Assembly: GCA_034530615.2 (NCBI GenBank)
Contig: JAVRCV020000004.1
Span: 64,001 to 128,000 of the forward strand
Length of the DNA stretch: 64,000 nucleotides
From: Aulosira sp. ZfuVER01
Lineage (GTDB): Bacteria; Cyanobacteriota; Cyanobacteriia; Cyanobacteriales; Nostocaceae
Direction: 5' to 3'
Shown piece after piece: positions 32,843-41,875 of this stretch. How positions within the stretch are numbered: the stretch's first letter is position 1; each line of letters opens with the position of its first letter. The notes under the pieces are model-generated. The model had not been told where the DNA came from. It made no database searches and saw only the letters and a list, made by a program, of their open reading frames with translations. The position numbers were made by a program, and so were the translations under genes.

Positions 32843-34129
32843 ATGTCTAGCGAATTACAAGAATCTTTTAAGCAAGCATATAATAATCTCGAATTGTTTC
32901 CACTCCTGGAAAAGAAGGAAACAGATAATTTTAGAGTTGATTATGGTGATGATTCTATAGAAAAGTTAATTCAATTCATTGAATTCAGTCCTAACGGTGA
33001 CGCGAAGATTGTATTTACTGGACATCGGGGATGCGGTAAATCGTCTTTATTAGCTGAGTTAGGTAGGCAAATTCAAGATCATTATTTTGTAGTTTTATTT
33101 TCTATTGCTGAAAGTATTGAAATGTCGGCTGTTAATCATATTAATATTTTGTTTGCGATCGCTCTTAATTTAATGTCTGAGGCGGAAGCACGTAAAGTAC
33201 AAATTCCTAAAACTACCAAAGATAAACTCTATGGATGGTTTACAACTCGCACTCGAACTACAGAGGTAGAGTTAGGAGGTGGGATTGAAGTCGGTTTTGA
33301 TTTGCTCAAATTTCTGAAAACTCAATTAAAAGCTGATGCGAAAGTTAGAGAGGAAATTAAACAGGAATTTGAACGGAAAATATCGGAGTTAGTTGCACGC
33401 ATTAATGAAATTGCGGCGTTGATTCAAGTAGCCATTAAAAAAGAAACTATAGTCATCATTGATGATTTAGATAAACTAGACTTGGCAACAGTTCAGGAAA
33501 TTTATAAAAATAACATTAAATCTCTATTTCAACCTAATATTCGGATTATTTATACTGTCCCTATTGCAGTAATGTGTGACATTTATATTTGGGATCTGAT
33601 TAAGGCAGAAAGCAAAAACCTAATTGAAGTAATGCCTGTTATCAAAATTTTTAATAAAGGTGATAATCGCTTACCTGATGCCAAGCCTCGGAGTGAAGCA
33701 ACAAATATTTTATGTGAAATATTAGAAAAACGAATTTCTAGTGAATTAATAGACAAGTCAGCCGTAGAGAAGATTGTTATTTATAGTGGTGGAGTGCTGC
33801 GGGAGTTGATTCGTTTAGCTAATGTATGCTGTCTTATCTGTTTGCGGCTTATTAAACAGAAACCTGGAGAAAGAATAGCGATTAATGACCAAGTTATAGA
33901 ACAAGCAATTAAGGAAATTCGTAATGAACTTTCTCTGCGTTTAGGAAAAGAAGAGTTTAAAATTTTGAAAACTACTTATGAGAATTTTGAGCCTGATGAC
34001 GTAAAGCAGCAAGAGTTTTTAGAATTACTGCATGGATTGTATATCTTAGAATATCGTGATGATTACACTTGGTATGATGTTCACCCCATTCTTGTAGAAA
34101 CTTTGCAACGTAGGGGGTTGATTAATTAA
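32843..34129 (+). CDS. P-loop ATPase (AAA+/STAND-like), module 2
   Basis: FTGHRGCGKS, IVIIDDLDKL, SGGVLRELIR, LEYR...WYDVHP. Confidence 0.88.
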   Translation: MSSELQESFKQAYNNLELFPLLEKKETDNFRVDYGDDSIEKLIQFIEFSPNGDAKIVFTGHRGCGKSSLLAELGRQIQDHYFVVLFSIAESIEMSAVNHINILFAIALNLMSEAEARKVQIPKTTKDKLYGWFTTRTRTTEVELGGGIEVGFDLLKFLKTQLKADAKVREEIKQEFERKISELVARINEIAALIQVAIKKETIVIIDDLDKLDLATVQEIYKNNIKSLFQPNIRIIYTVPIAVMCDIYIWDLIKAESKNLIEVMPVIKIFNKGDNRLPDAKPRSEATNILCEILEKRISSELIDKSAVEKIVIYSGGVLRELIRLANVCCLICLRLIKQKPGERIAINDQVIEQAIKEIRNELSLRLGKEEFKILKTTYENFEPDDVKQQEFLELLHGLYILEYRDDYTWYDVHPILVETLQRRGLIN

Positions 34130-35757
34130 TGACGAATGAAGATTTACTGACAGATGATGACAACAGAGATGCTTATGATTACTTAACTATTTCTATTGAA
34201 GCTAAAGCAAATCGGTTAAATTTGCTCATTGCTGTTTGTGATGATGCTATTTTTCGGGATGAAATTATTGCTGAGTATGAAGCAGAATTACAGATGCAAA
34301 TCCGTTGTTATCGAGTGACATTGGCAAGGGATGAGCCGAGTTTAACAGCTGCTATTTCTCAATTGGTCAGAAGTGAAGAGTATTTGCAGAAAAATAACCC
34401 AGCAGTAATTACGGTGACTGGTGCAGAACAGCTTCATTTTCTGAAACTGGGAAAAGAACGTTCGGAACAAGAGGTTTTTTTCGGTTATTTACAGTGGACT
34501 AGGGAAGCTTTGAGGGCATTTCCTTTTGCCATTGTTTTGTGGGTGACTAATCAAATATTAGTTGAGTTAATTAAAAAAGCGCCTGATTTTTGGAGTTGGC
34601 GCAATGGTGTTTTTCGGTTTGTGTCTAGAAAGAAAAATACGGTTCCTGGTAGAGAATTAGAAGCGCTTCGTTTTGCTTTCAGGGATCATGAAATTTCCGG
34701 TTTTGATGATGAGAATGATTATTTGTTACCCATAGAAGATTTGCAAGGATTTATTGAAGATTTAGAACAGCGCGGTGTTAAAGATGCAACTTTAGCGACT
34801 TTATACTTTAGCTTAGGAGATATTTATAGAAAAAGACTCAACCAGGGCGAGTTTCAAGATTATAAACAAGAGCAAGAATTAGCCATTGAGTATTTAAGCA
34901 AAGCTGTAGAATTGCAAAAAGAATTAGGTTTAGACAAAGACTTAGCCACTAGCCTCAACAACCTAGCTGAACTCTACGAATCCCAAGGAAAATACAGCCA
35001 AGCGGAACCTTTGTATATCCAAGCTTTGGATTTAAGGCGACGCTTGCTCGGTGAGGAACATCCAGATGTTGCATCTAGCCTCAACAACCTAGCGGGACTC
35101 TACCGTTCCCAAGGAAAATACAGCCAAGCGGAACCTTTGTATATCCAAGCTTTGGATTTAAGGCGACGCTTGCTCGGTGAGGAACATCCAGATGTTGCAT
35201 CTAGCCTCAACAACCTAGCGGGACTCTACCGTTCCCAAGGAAAATACAGCCAAGCGGAACCTTTGTATATCCAAGCTTTGGATTTAAGGCGACGCTTGCT
35301 CGGTGAGGAACATCCAGATGTTGCATCTAGCCTCAACAACCTAGCTACACTCTACGAATCCCAAGAAAAATACAGCCAAGCGGAACCTTTGTATATCCAA
35401 GCTTTGGATTTAAGGCGACGCTTGCTCGGTGATGAACATCCCAATGTTGCAACTAGCCTCAACAACCTAGCAGCACTCTACCGTTCCCAAGGAAAATACA
35501 GCCAAGCGGAACCTTTGTACATCCAAGCTTTGGATTTAAGGCGACGCTTGCTCGGTGATGAACATCCAGATGTTGCATCTAGCCTCAACAACCTAGCTAC
35601 ACTCTACGAATCCCAAAGAAAATACAGTCAAGCCGAACCTTTGTTTATCCAAGCTTTAGATATTTGTGAGCGACAATTAGGGGTAAATCATCCCAATACT
35701 ATTATTGTGCGTAAAAATTTAGCATATATTCGCGATCGCCTCTCCTCAGACAAGTAA
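34129..35757 (+). CDS. TPR protein with shared N-terminal domain, module 2 partner
   Basis: TAATG overlap with the ATPase stop; LQWTRE..FPFAIVLW..KAPDFWSWRNGVF; six 42-aa SLNNLA.LY.SQ.KYSQAEPL repeats. Confidence 0.9.
   Translation: MTNEDLLTDDDNRDAYDYLTISIEAKANRLNLLIAVCDDAIFRDEIIAEYEAELQMQIRCYRVTLARDEPSLTAAISQLVRSEEYLQKNNPAVITVTGAEQLHFLKLGKERSEQEVFFGYLQWTREALRAFPFAIVLWVTNQILVELIKKAPDFWSWRNGVFRFVSRKKNTVPGRELEALRFAFRDHEISGFDDENDYLLPIEDLQGFIEDLEQRGVKDATLATLYFSLGDIYRKRLNQGEFQDYKQEQELAIEYLSKAVELQKELGLDKDLATSLNNLAELYESQGKYSQAEPLYIQALDLRRRLLGEEHPDVASSLNNLAGLYRSQGKYSQAEPLYIQALDLRRRLLGEEHPDVASSLNNLAGLYRSQGKYSQAEPLYIQALDLRRRLLGEEHPDVASSLNNLATLYESQEKYSQAEPLYIQALDLRRRLLGDEHPNVATSLNNLAALYRSQGKYSQAEPLYIQALDLRRRLLGDEHPDVASSLNNLATLYESQRKYSQAEPLFIQALDICERQLGVNHPNTIIVRKNLAYIRDRLSSDK
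34951..35700 (+). repeat. near-identical 126-bp in-frame TPR repeats (6 unit starts)
   Basis: AGCCTCAACAACCTAG at 34951, 35077, 35203, 35329, 35455 and 35581. Confidence 0.95.
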
Positions 35758-36532
35758 CATTGATGAGCAAATTCTCAAGCGCGATCGCCTAAACTCAATA
35801 TTCCAAGTTCTAAACTCGACGTTTCCGGTTTCAAACGAAAATGTTTCTGTTCCCAGCAAGAACGTTTCGGTTTCAAACGAGAATGTTCTTGTTTTCAGTA
35901 AGAAGATTCTTGTTTCCAGTGACAGTGTTTCAGTTTCAAGCTAGAAATTTTGTGTTCTGAGGTGGAATGATGCGATTGTGAAGGCGATCACTTGACTTCA
36001 CAACCTCAAAGCTGGGGTTTGGAACTGGAAGTTTCGTGTTTTGAGGTTGAAACATGGGGTAATGAATGCGATCGCAGATGATGCTACTAAAAAAGCCTAC
36101 CACTGAATCGCGTAGATACAGTGAAAGTTGGACACGGAAACATTAGCTTTTCTGTCTAGATTGACAAAAACATACTCTTGAGAAGGTAGGAAAGCTGTGG
36201 AGCGGTAAAGTATGTTGGAAATTTGATTTTTTCGCTAAAAAATTTATTTTATTTATTTGTTAAGTAGCTTTCACGATTGCAAATGTATAATCTAGCATTT
36301 ATTCCTATTTGTTAAATGTATAATTCCTGATTCATTTTTATCTAGTTTTTATATATACTCCTGATTTTTTTTGTTCCGATTCTGTATGTTTACGCATTAT
36401 TTTAATAATGTAATATAGTTGTCACTTAGTAACCATTAATTGACATTACCTCCAAGGTAAAATCGCCAGAAATTTTACCGTTAAAAAAATAAGCCATTAT
36501 ATGAATAGTTGGCACTTTTACGGCAATAGCGA

Positions 36533-37825
36533 ATGTCTAAAGAATTATTAAACTCGTTTCAAGAAGCATATAGCAATCTCGAACTGTTTCCATTGATGGA
36601 AAAGAACGAAATGGAAAAGTTTAGAGTTGAATATGGTGATGATTTGATTGCAGATCTTAACCAATTGGTTGAAGATAGCCCCAATGGTGATAGTAAGATT
36701 ATCTTTACTGGGCATCGAGGATGTGGTAAGTCAACTTTGTTAGCTGAGTTTAGCAGACAAATTCAAAAGAAGTATTTTGTTGTGTTGTTCTCGATCGCTG
36801 ACAAAATTGAAATGTCAGCCGTTAATCATATTAATATCCTGTTTGCTATTGCAGTGAATTTAATGTCTGAGGCTGAAGCACGTCAGGTTGAAATCCCTAA
36901 ATCGACAAAAGAGGCTCTTTATAAATGGTTTGCTACCCGGACTCGTACTGAAGAATTAAATTTACACGCTGAAGCTGAAATAGGTTTCGACTTGCTTAAG
37001 TTGATTAGCTCTAAATTAAAAGCTGATGCGACTGTACGAGATGAAATTAAACAAGAATTTGAGCGCAAAATATCAGACTTAGTTGCGAGAATTAACGAAA
37101 TTGCTGCTCTCATTCAAGCTACTACTAAACAAGATGTTTTAGTGATTATTGATGATTTAGATAAACTCGACTTGGGTAGAGTTAACGAAATTTATAAGGA
37201 TAATATTAAAGCCCTTTGCCAACCTAATTTTCGGATAATCTATACTATCCCAATTGCTGTGCTACGCGAAACATTTATTAGTACCATAATTGCTACAGAA
37301 ACTAACGACCAAATTGTGGTCATGCCTGTGTTGAAAATTTTTGAAAAGGGTAAAAATCGGCTGCCTAATGCCGAACCTCGTCCTGAAGCAATCAAAATTC
37401 TCGGTGAGGTTTTACAAAAGCGGATTTCTAGTGACTTAATAGCGGATAAAACTGCTGAAAAAATTGTGATTTACAGTGGCGGAGTTTTACGAGAGTTAAT
37501 TCGGATTGCGAAGGAGTGCTGTCGCATTTGCTTGCGAGTTATTCGCAGAAATCCAACAGAAGAAATTTTTATTGATGACAAGATTTTAGCCCAAGCAATT
37601 AATAAAATTCGCAATGACTTTTCTATACGTTTAGGAAAAATAGATATAGATATTTTACAAAGTGTTTATGAGCAATTTATGCCCAATGACCCTAAACAAG
37701 CTGAGTTTTTAGATTTGCTACATGGGCTATATGTTTTGGAATATCGCACTGATGAAACTTGGTACGATGTTCATCCAATCCTGATAGAAAGCCTGAAAAG
37801 ACACGGAGTTATCCATGTTGAGTGA
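36533..37825 (+). CDS. P-loop ATPase (AAA+/STAND-like), module 3, paralog of the gene at 32843
   Basis: FTGHRGCGKS, LVIIDDLDKL, SGGVLRELIR, WYDVHP; colinear with the 32843 protein. Confidence 0.88.
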   Translation: MSKELLNSFQEAYSNLELFPLMEKNEMEKFRVEYGDDLIADLNQLVEDSPNGDSKIIFTGHRGCGKSTLLAEFSRQIQKKYFVVLFSIADKIEMSAVNHINILFAIAVNLMSEAEARQVEIPKSTKEALYKWFATRTRTEELNLHAEAEIGFDLLKLISSKLKADATVRDEIKQEFERKISDLVARINEIAALIQATTKQDVLVIIDDLDKLDLGRVNEIYKDNIKALCQPNFRIIYTIPIAVLRETFISTIIATETNDQIVVMPVLKIFEKGKNRLPNAEPRPEAIKILGEVLQKRISSDLIADKTAEKIVIYSGGVLRELIRIAKECCRICLRVIRRNPTEEIFIDDKILAQAINKIRNDFSIRLGKIDIDILQSVYEQFMPNDPKQAEFLDLLHGLYVLEYRTDETWYDVHPILIESLKRHGVIHVE

Positions 37826-39593
37826 AGAATTTGGAGATGATGGAGATTTGTTAGAGCCTGATAGGGAAAATCAAGATGCCTATGATGATTTGATTGTTTC
37901 TATTGAAGCTCAAACGCGAGGATTAAATTTACTAATTGCTGTTTGTGATGATGGAAATTTTCGGGATGAGATTATTTCTAAATACGAAGCTGAACTACAA
38001 CCGAATTTCCGTTCGTATCGGGTTACTTTAGCACGACAGGAACCAAGTTTGAAAGCGGCTCTCAACCAATTAGTGCAACAAGAAGAATATCTTCGTCAAC
38101 GTAATCTAGCAGTCATAACTATAACGGGTGCTGAACAACTTTATTTTCTCAAATTAGGGGAAGAGCAATCAGAACAGGAAAAGTTTTTTGGTTACTTACA
38201 GTGGACAAGGGAAGGATTGCGCGAATTTCCTTTTGCGATTGTACTTTGGTTGACTAACCAAATTTTAGTCAATTTGATTAAAAAAGCTCCTGATTTTTGG
38301 AGTTGGCGCAATGGTGTTTTTAGGTTTGTATCTAAAAAAACAAATGCGATCGCTGGTAAAGAACTAGAACCTATCCGCTTTGTTTTTAGAGATACGGAAT
38401 TAGCCAGCACTGATACTAATGAAAATAACTCGTTTTTTTTACCTATCCAAGATTTACAAAGATTAATCGAGAAAATTGAACAGGAAAAGGGAACCAAAGA
38501 TCCTAGCTTGGCTACTTTATATTCAAGTTTGGGTGATATTTATCGTAGTAGGTTAGATCGGGGTGAGTCTCAGAATTATCAAAAAGAACAAGAATTGGCA
38601 ATTAAGTATTGGCGCAAGGCGATCGCTCTGTATAGTGAATTAGGTTTGCAGATAGATTTAGCTGCTAGTCTCAATAATTTAGCAGGACTTTACCGTGCAA
38701 CAGGACGTTACAGCGAAGCGGAACCCTTATATAAACAAGCTTTAGAACTGAGCAAAAGTCTTTTAGGAGATAATCATCCCTCTTTTGCTAATAGCCTGAA
38801 TAATCTTGCCGGTCTTTATAAATCTACTGGACATTACAGCAAAGCAGAAGTTCTATATCAACAAGCTTTGGAATTAAGACAAAGCTTACTAGGAGAAAAC
38901 CATCCCGATGTCGCTGCTAGTTTGAATAACCTAGCGCTACTATACAATCAACAAGAACGTTATAACGAAGCAGAACCCCTTTATCTACAGTCATTAGAAA
39001 TTAGAAAATATCTGCTTGGCGAAAATCATCCTTCTATTGCCATTATTTTGAATAATTTAGCACTACTTTATTATCATCAAGAACGCTACGGGGAAGCTGA
39101 ACCATTATCGCTCCAAGCAATAGAATTAGATAAGCGATTTTTAGGAGAAGAAAATCCCGAAGTTGCGACAGATCTTCACAATTTGGCATTGATATACCGC
39201 GCTCAAGGACGTTATGACGAAGCCGAAACTTTGTTTTTACAATCTTTGGAAATCAAGCAGCGTCTACTGCAAAAGGCACATCCGCTTTTGGCAGATACTA
39301 TTTACGCTTTGGGCTATATGTACAGAGAACAGGGGCGTTTTAATGAGGCGGAATCTTTGTGTGTAAAAGCGCTGGAACTGGATAAACAATTGTTAGGAGA
39401 TAATCATCCTAATGTTGCTGAAAGTCTGAATAATTTAGCAGAAATTTATCGTTTAACAGGGCGTTATTCTGAAGCTGAACCCCTTTATCAGCAAGCTTTA
39501 GATATTTGTCAGCAAATCTGGGGGGTAAATCATCCCCGTACTGTTACTGCTCGTGAGAATTTAGCATATATTCGCGATCGCTTAATCTGTTAA
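37815..39593 (+). CDS. TPR protein with shared N-terminal domain, module 3 partner
   Basis: overlaps the ATPase by 11 bp; KAPDFWSWRNGVFRF; about seven diverged 42-aa TPR repeats. Confidence 0.9.
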   Translation: MLSEEFGDDGDLLEPDRENQDAYDDLIVSIEAQTRGLNLLIAVCDDGNFRDEIISKYEAELQPNFRSYRVTLARQEPSLKAALNQLVQQEEYLRQRNLAVITITGAEQLYFLKLGEEQSEQEKFFGYLQWTREGLREFPFAIVLWLTNQILVNLIKKAPDFWSWRNGVFRFVSKKTNAIAGKELEPIRFVFRDTELASTDTNENNSFFLPIQDLQRLIEKIEQEKGTKDPSLATLYSSLGDIYRSRLDRGESQNYQKEQELAIKYWRKAIALYSELGLQIDLAASLNNLAGLYRATGRYSEAEPLYKQALELSKSLLGDNHPSFANSLNNLAGLYKSTGHYSKAEVLYQQALELRQSLLGENHPDVAASLNNLALLYNQQERYNEAEPLYLQSLEIRKYLLGENHPSIAIILNNLALLYYHQERYGEAEPLSLQAIELDKRFLGEENPEVATDLHNLALIYRAQGRYDEAETLFLQSLEIKQRLLQKAHPLLADTIYALGYMYREQGRFNEAESLCVKALELDKQLLGDNHPNVAESLNNLAEIYRLTGRYSEAEPLYQQALDICQQIWGVNHPRTVTARENLAYIRDRLIC

Positions 39594-39753
39594 CTTAAAA
39601 TTCAATATCAATTATGCGTCGGTGCGTTGCGCTGCGCGACAACACACCCTACATTTAAATTTATTAACATAGCGTGAAATATTGGCACTGAGTTACTTAA
39701 AGGCGAGCGATCGCTTAACCTGTTAACTTAAAATTCAACATCTAAAATCTTGC

Positions 39754-40473
39754 TCATCTTGGCTCACTTGCTTCTTCGCAACAGCAACCTGCAACCCCAT
39801 CTGTTGGAAGAATCTCAGGGATAGTAGCTAAAGACGGTTTGGCAAACAAGGGACATGAAGGTAATTGCCATTGCACGGTTGAAACATTCAAGTCTTTGAT
39901 TAAACCAATTTTGATGTCTAGCACCCAACCATGAATTTTCGGGGCGTTTTGCTCATGGAGTGCTTTGCGGATGATAGAAGTTTGGTAGAGATTCTTAACC
40001 TGTGCCAAAACGTTGATTTCTGCTAATCGATTTAGGCGTGCTTCTCTGTTTGCTAAAGCATTAATCTCTTGTTGGTTGTGTAAATAAAGTTCCCGAATGG
40101 GATTTACCCAATTATCAATGATTCCGGTGGTGCTTCCTTCTAGGGCTGCTTTAATTCCACCACAACCGTAGTGTCCACAAACAATGATATGTTTAACGTG
40201 AAGATGGGAAACTGCGTAATCTAAAACCGCTAAGAAGTTCATATCTGTTAGCGACACTTGATTAGCAATATTGCGATGTACAAATAACTCTCCGGGTTCT
40301 GTGCGGGTAAAGCTATTCAGAGGTAAACGACTGTCAGAACAACCTATGTAAAGAAAAGGTGGTTTTTGTCCCTCGGCTAATCTGTCAAAATAATTCGTGT
40401 CTAGGGCTAGTTTTTCTGCAACCCAAGATTGATTATTGGTGAGGAGTTCATCAATGGTGTGATATTTCATCAA
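39754..40473 (-). CDS. beta-class carbonic anhydrase (Can-like)
   Basis: Zn ligands IGCSDSR and GHYGCGG, GELFVHRNIAN. Confidence 0.92.
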   Translation of the reverse strand: MMKYHTIDELLTNNQSWVAEKLALDTNYFDRLAEGQKPPFLYIGCSDSRLPLNSFTRTEPGELFVHRNIANQVSLTDMNFLAVLDYAVSHLHVKHIIVCGHYGCGGIKAALEGSTTGIIDNWVNPIRELYLHNQQEINALANREARLNRLAEINVLAQVKNLYQTSIIRKALHEQNAPKIHGWVLDIKIGLIKDLNVSTVQWQLPSCPLFAKPSLATIPEILPTDGVAGCCCEEASEPR

Positions 40474-40666
40474 TCATTAGATATCTCTATGATAACTATT
40501 GTATTTTATCTATATATAACTGTATGCTCTCCATGCATCAAGCTATAGCGCTTTTCGTTTGCATGGAATACAGGCTTTGAAGACTAAATTATTCTTAGGG
40601 CACAAACATCTAGCAGCTTGATAGTGGTTTATTCAACTGCAAATTGCTGTTAGTGCGTTAGTTTTC

Positions 40667-41656
40667 TCATGCTGAAGGATATTCGTGAGACACAAAGGGA
40701 ACTGCTACTATTTCACCCTCAGTTTCTCCTACTTGCACTTTTAAGCCAACACCGCCTGCTTTGGTGCGAATGTAACCTAGTCCAAAGTAGCCCTCAGGTG
40801 TTTCGGTGTAACTTGTGAGTTTGCCGACTTTTTCATCTCCTACTGCAATTGTGGCACTAACTTCCGCAGGACTACTAAGACGAATTCCCCAGAGGTGTTG
40901 CTTTACACCTTTATATGTATTTAATCGGGCAATAGTTTCTTGTCCAATATAGCAACCTTTATTAAAGGAAATTGTTTGCCATAAACCGACTTCTAGAGGA
41001 TTATAATCATCTGTCAGTTCTGCATCTGGGGTAGGTCTTCCTTGTAATATTCGCAACACATTCCAGCCGCGATCGCTCAATTCTACTGTCCCTAATTCTA
41101 AAATTTGGCTCCACACTTTCTCTTTTTCTGAGGCGGGCAAAATTAAGGTATATCCAGGGGAAGCCAAACCGCTACCAACCGCCACAATTACGCTATCGTT
41201 GACTAAAATATGATTGCCATAGGGTTGCCCAATAATTGCACCCGCACCCAACTTTTCAACGATGGCATCACTTCCCGAACCGATGAGACTAAAGGCTGCT
41301 GTTTCATCAGTTACATCGGTTAATTGCACTTTATCAGCAAAGAATATGTAGCGATCTAACCACTGCATCATCAATTCGCGGCGGTTAGGCGAAACCAATA
41401 ATAAAACTGCATCCTCTAAAACGTAGGCAGTCACCAAGTCTATCGTGCGGGCGGTGGATGTCACCATCACAGTATCGCACCCTTGCCCAGGTTTGAGACT
41501 TTGGAAGTCATTTGTACTTTGGTTGTGTAAAAACCGGAGGCGTTCTTCATCAGAAACACGGATGCGTCCCCAAAAAGAGCGATCGCATACAGCAACTCCT
41601 TCTGTTACAGCTTGGATAGCTGCTGCGTCTTTAGCGTCAATTGCAGAGGTTGGCAT
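40667..41656 (-). CDS. ygfZ: folate-binding Fe-S maturation protein YgfZ (GcvT-like fold)
   Basis: FLHNQSTND and KGCYIGQE signature. Confidence 0.9.
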   Translation of the reverse strand: MPTSAIDAKDAAAIQAVTEGVAVCDRSFWGRIRVSDEERLRFLHNQSTNDFQSLKPGQGCDTVMVTSTARTIDLVTAYVLEDAVLLLVSPNRRELMMQWLDRYIFFADKVQLTDVTDETAAFSLIGSGSDAIVEKLGAGAIIGQPYGNHILVNDSVIVAVGSGLASPGYTLILPASEKEKVWSQILELGTVELSDRGWNVLRILQGRPTPDAELTDDYNPLEVGLWQTISFNKGCYIGQETIARLNTYKGVKQHLWGIRLSSPAEVSATIAVGDEKVGKLTSYTETPEGYFGLGYIRTKAGGVGLKVQVGETEGEIVAVPFVSHEYPSA

Positions 41657-41737
41657 AGTAATGAAGAGTTGCTTTGTTTCAATGTTTTCGCATTGGAAAT
41701 CTTAGCAAATTATGTTTTACTGGTTCAAGTTTTATTG

Positions 41738-41773
41738 GGAATAGGGCATGGGGCATGGGGCATAGGGCATGGG
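41738..41773. repeat. 7-bp STRR tract (GGGCATG/GGGCATA)
   Basis: tandem heptamers; similar tracts at about 57045-57080 and 63270-63295 (AAATGAC). Confidence 0.75.
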
Positions 41774-41875
41774 TTATGACTTATTTCTCTCTTGTCTTCC
41801 TTGTGCCTCATTTATGGTTTGATTTGAAAGATATCGCCGTTTCCTAATATATCTATATAAAGTTCTAGAAGTTTT

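Noticed and set aside
34129..39593. diversity-generating retroelement acting on the TPR genes
   Set aside because: No reverse transcriptase or template repeat in the window, and the variation is not adenine-specific
40544..40652. MITE between the carbonic anhydrase gene and ygfZ
   Set aside because: Terminal inverted similarity too degenerate to support from this window alone
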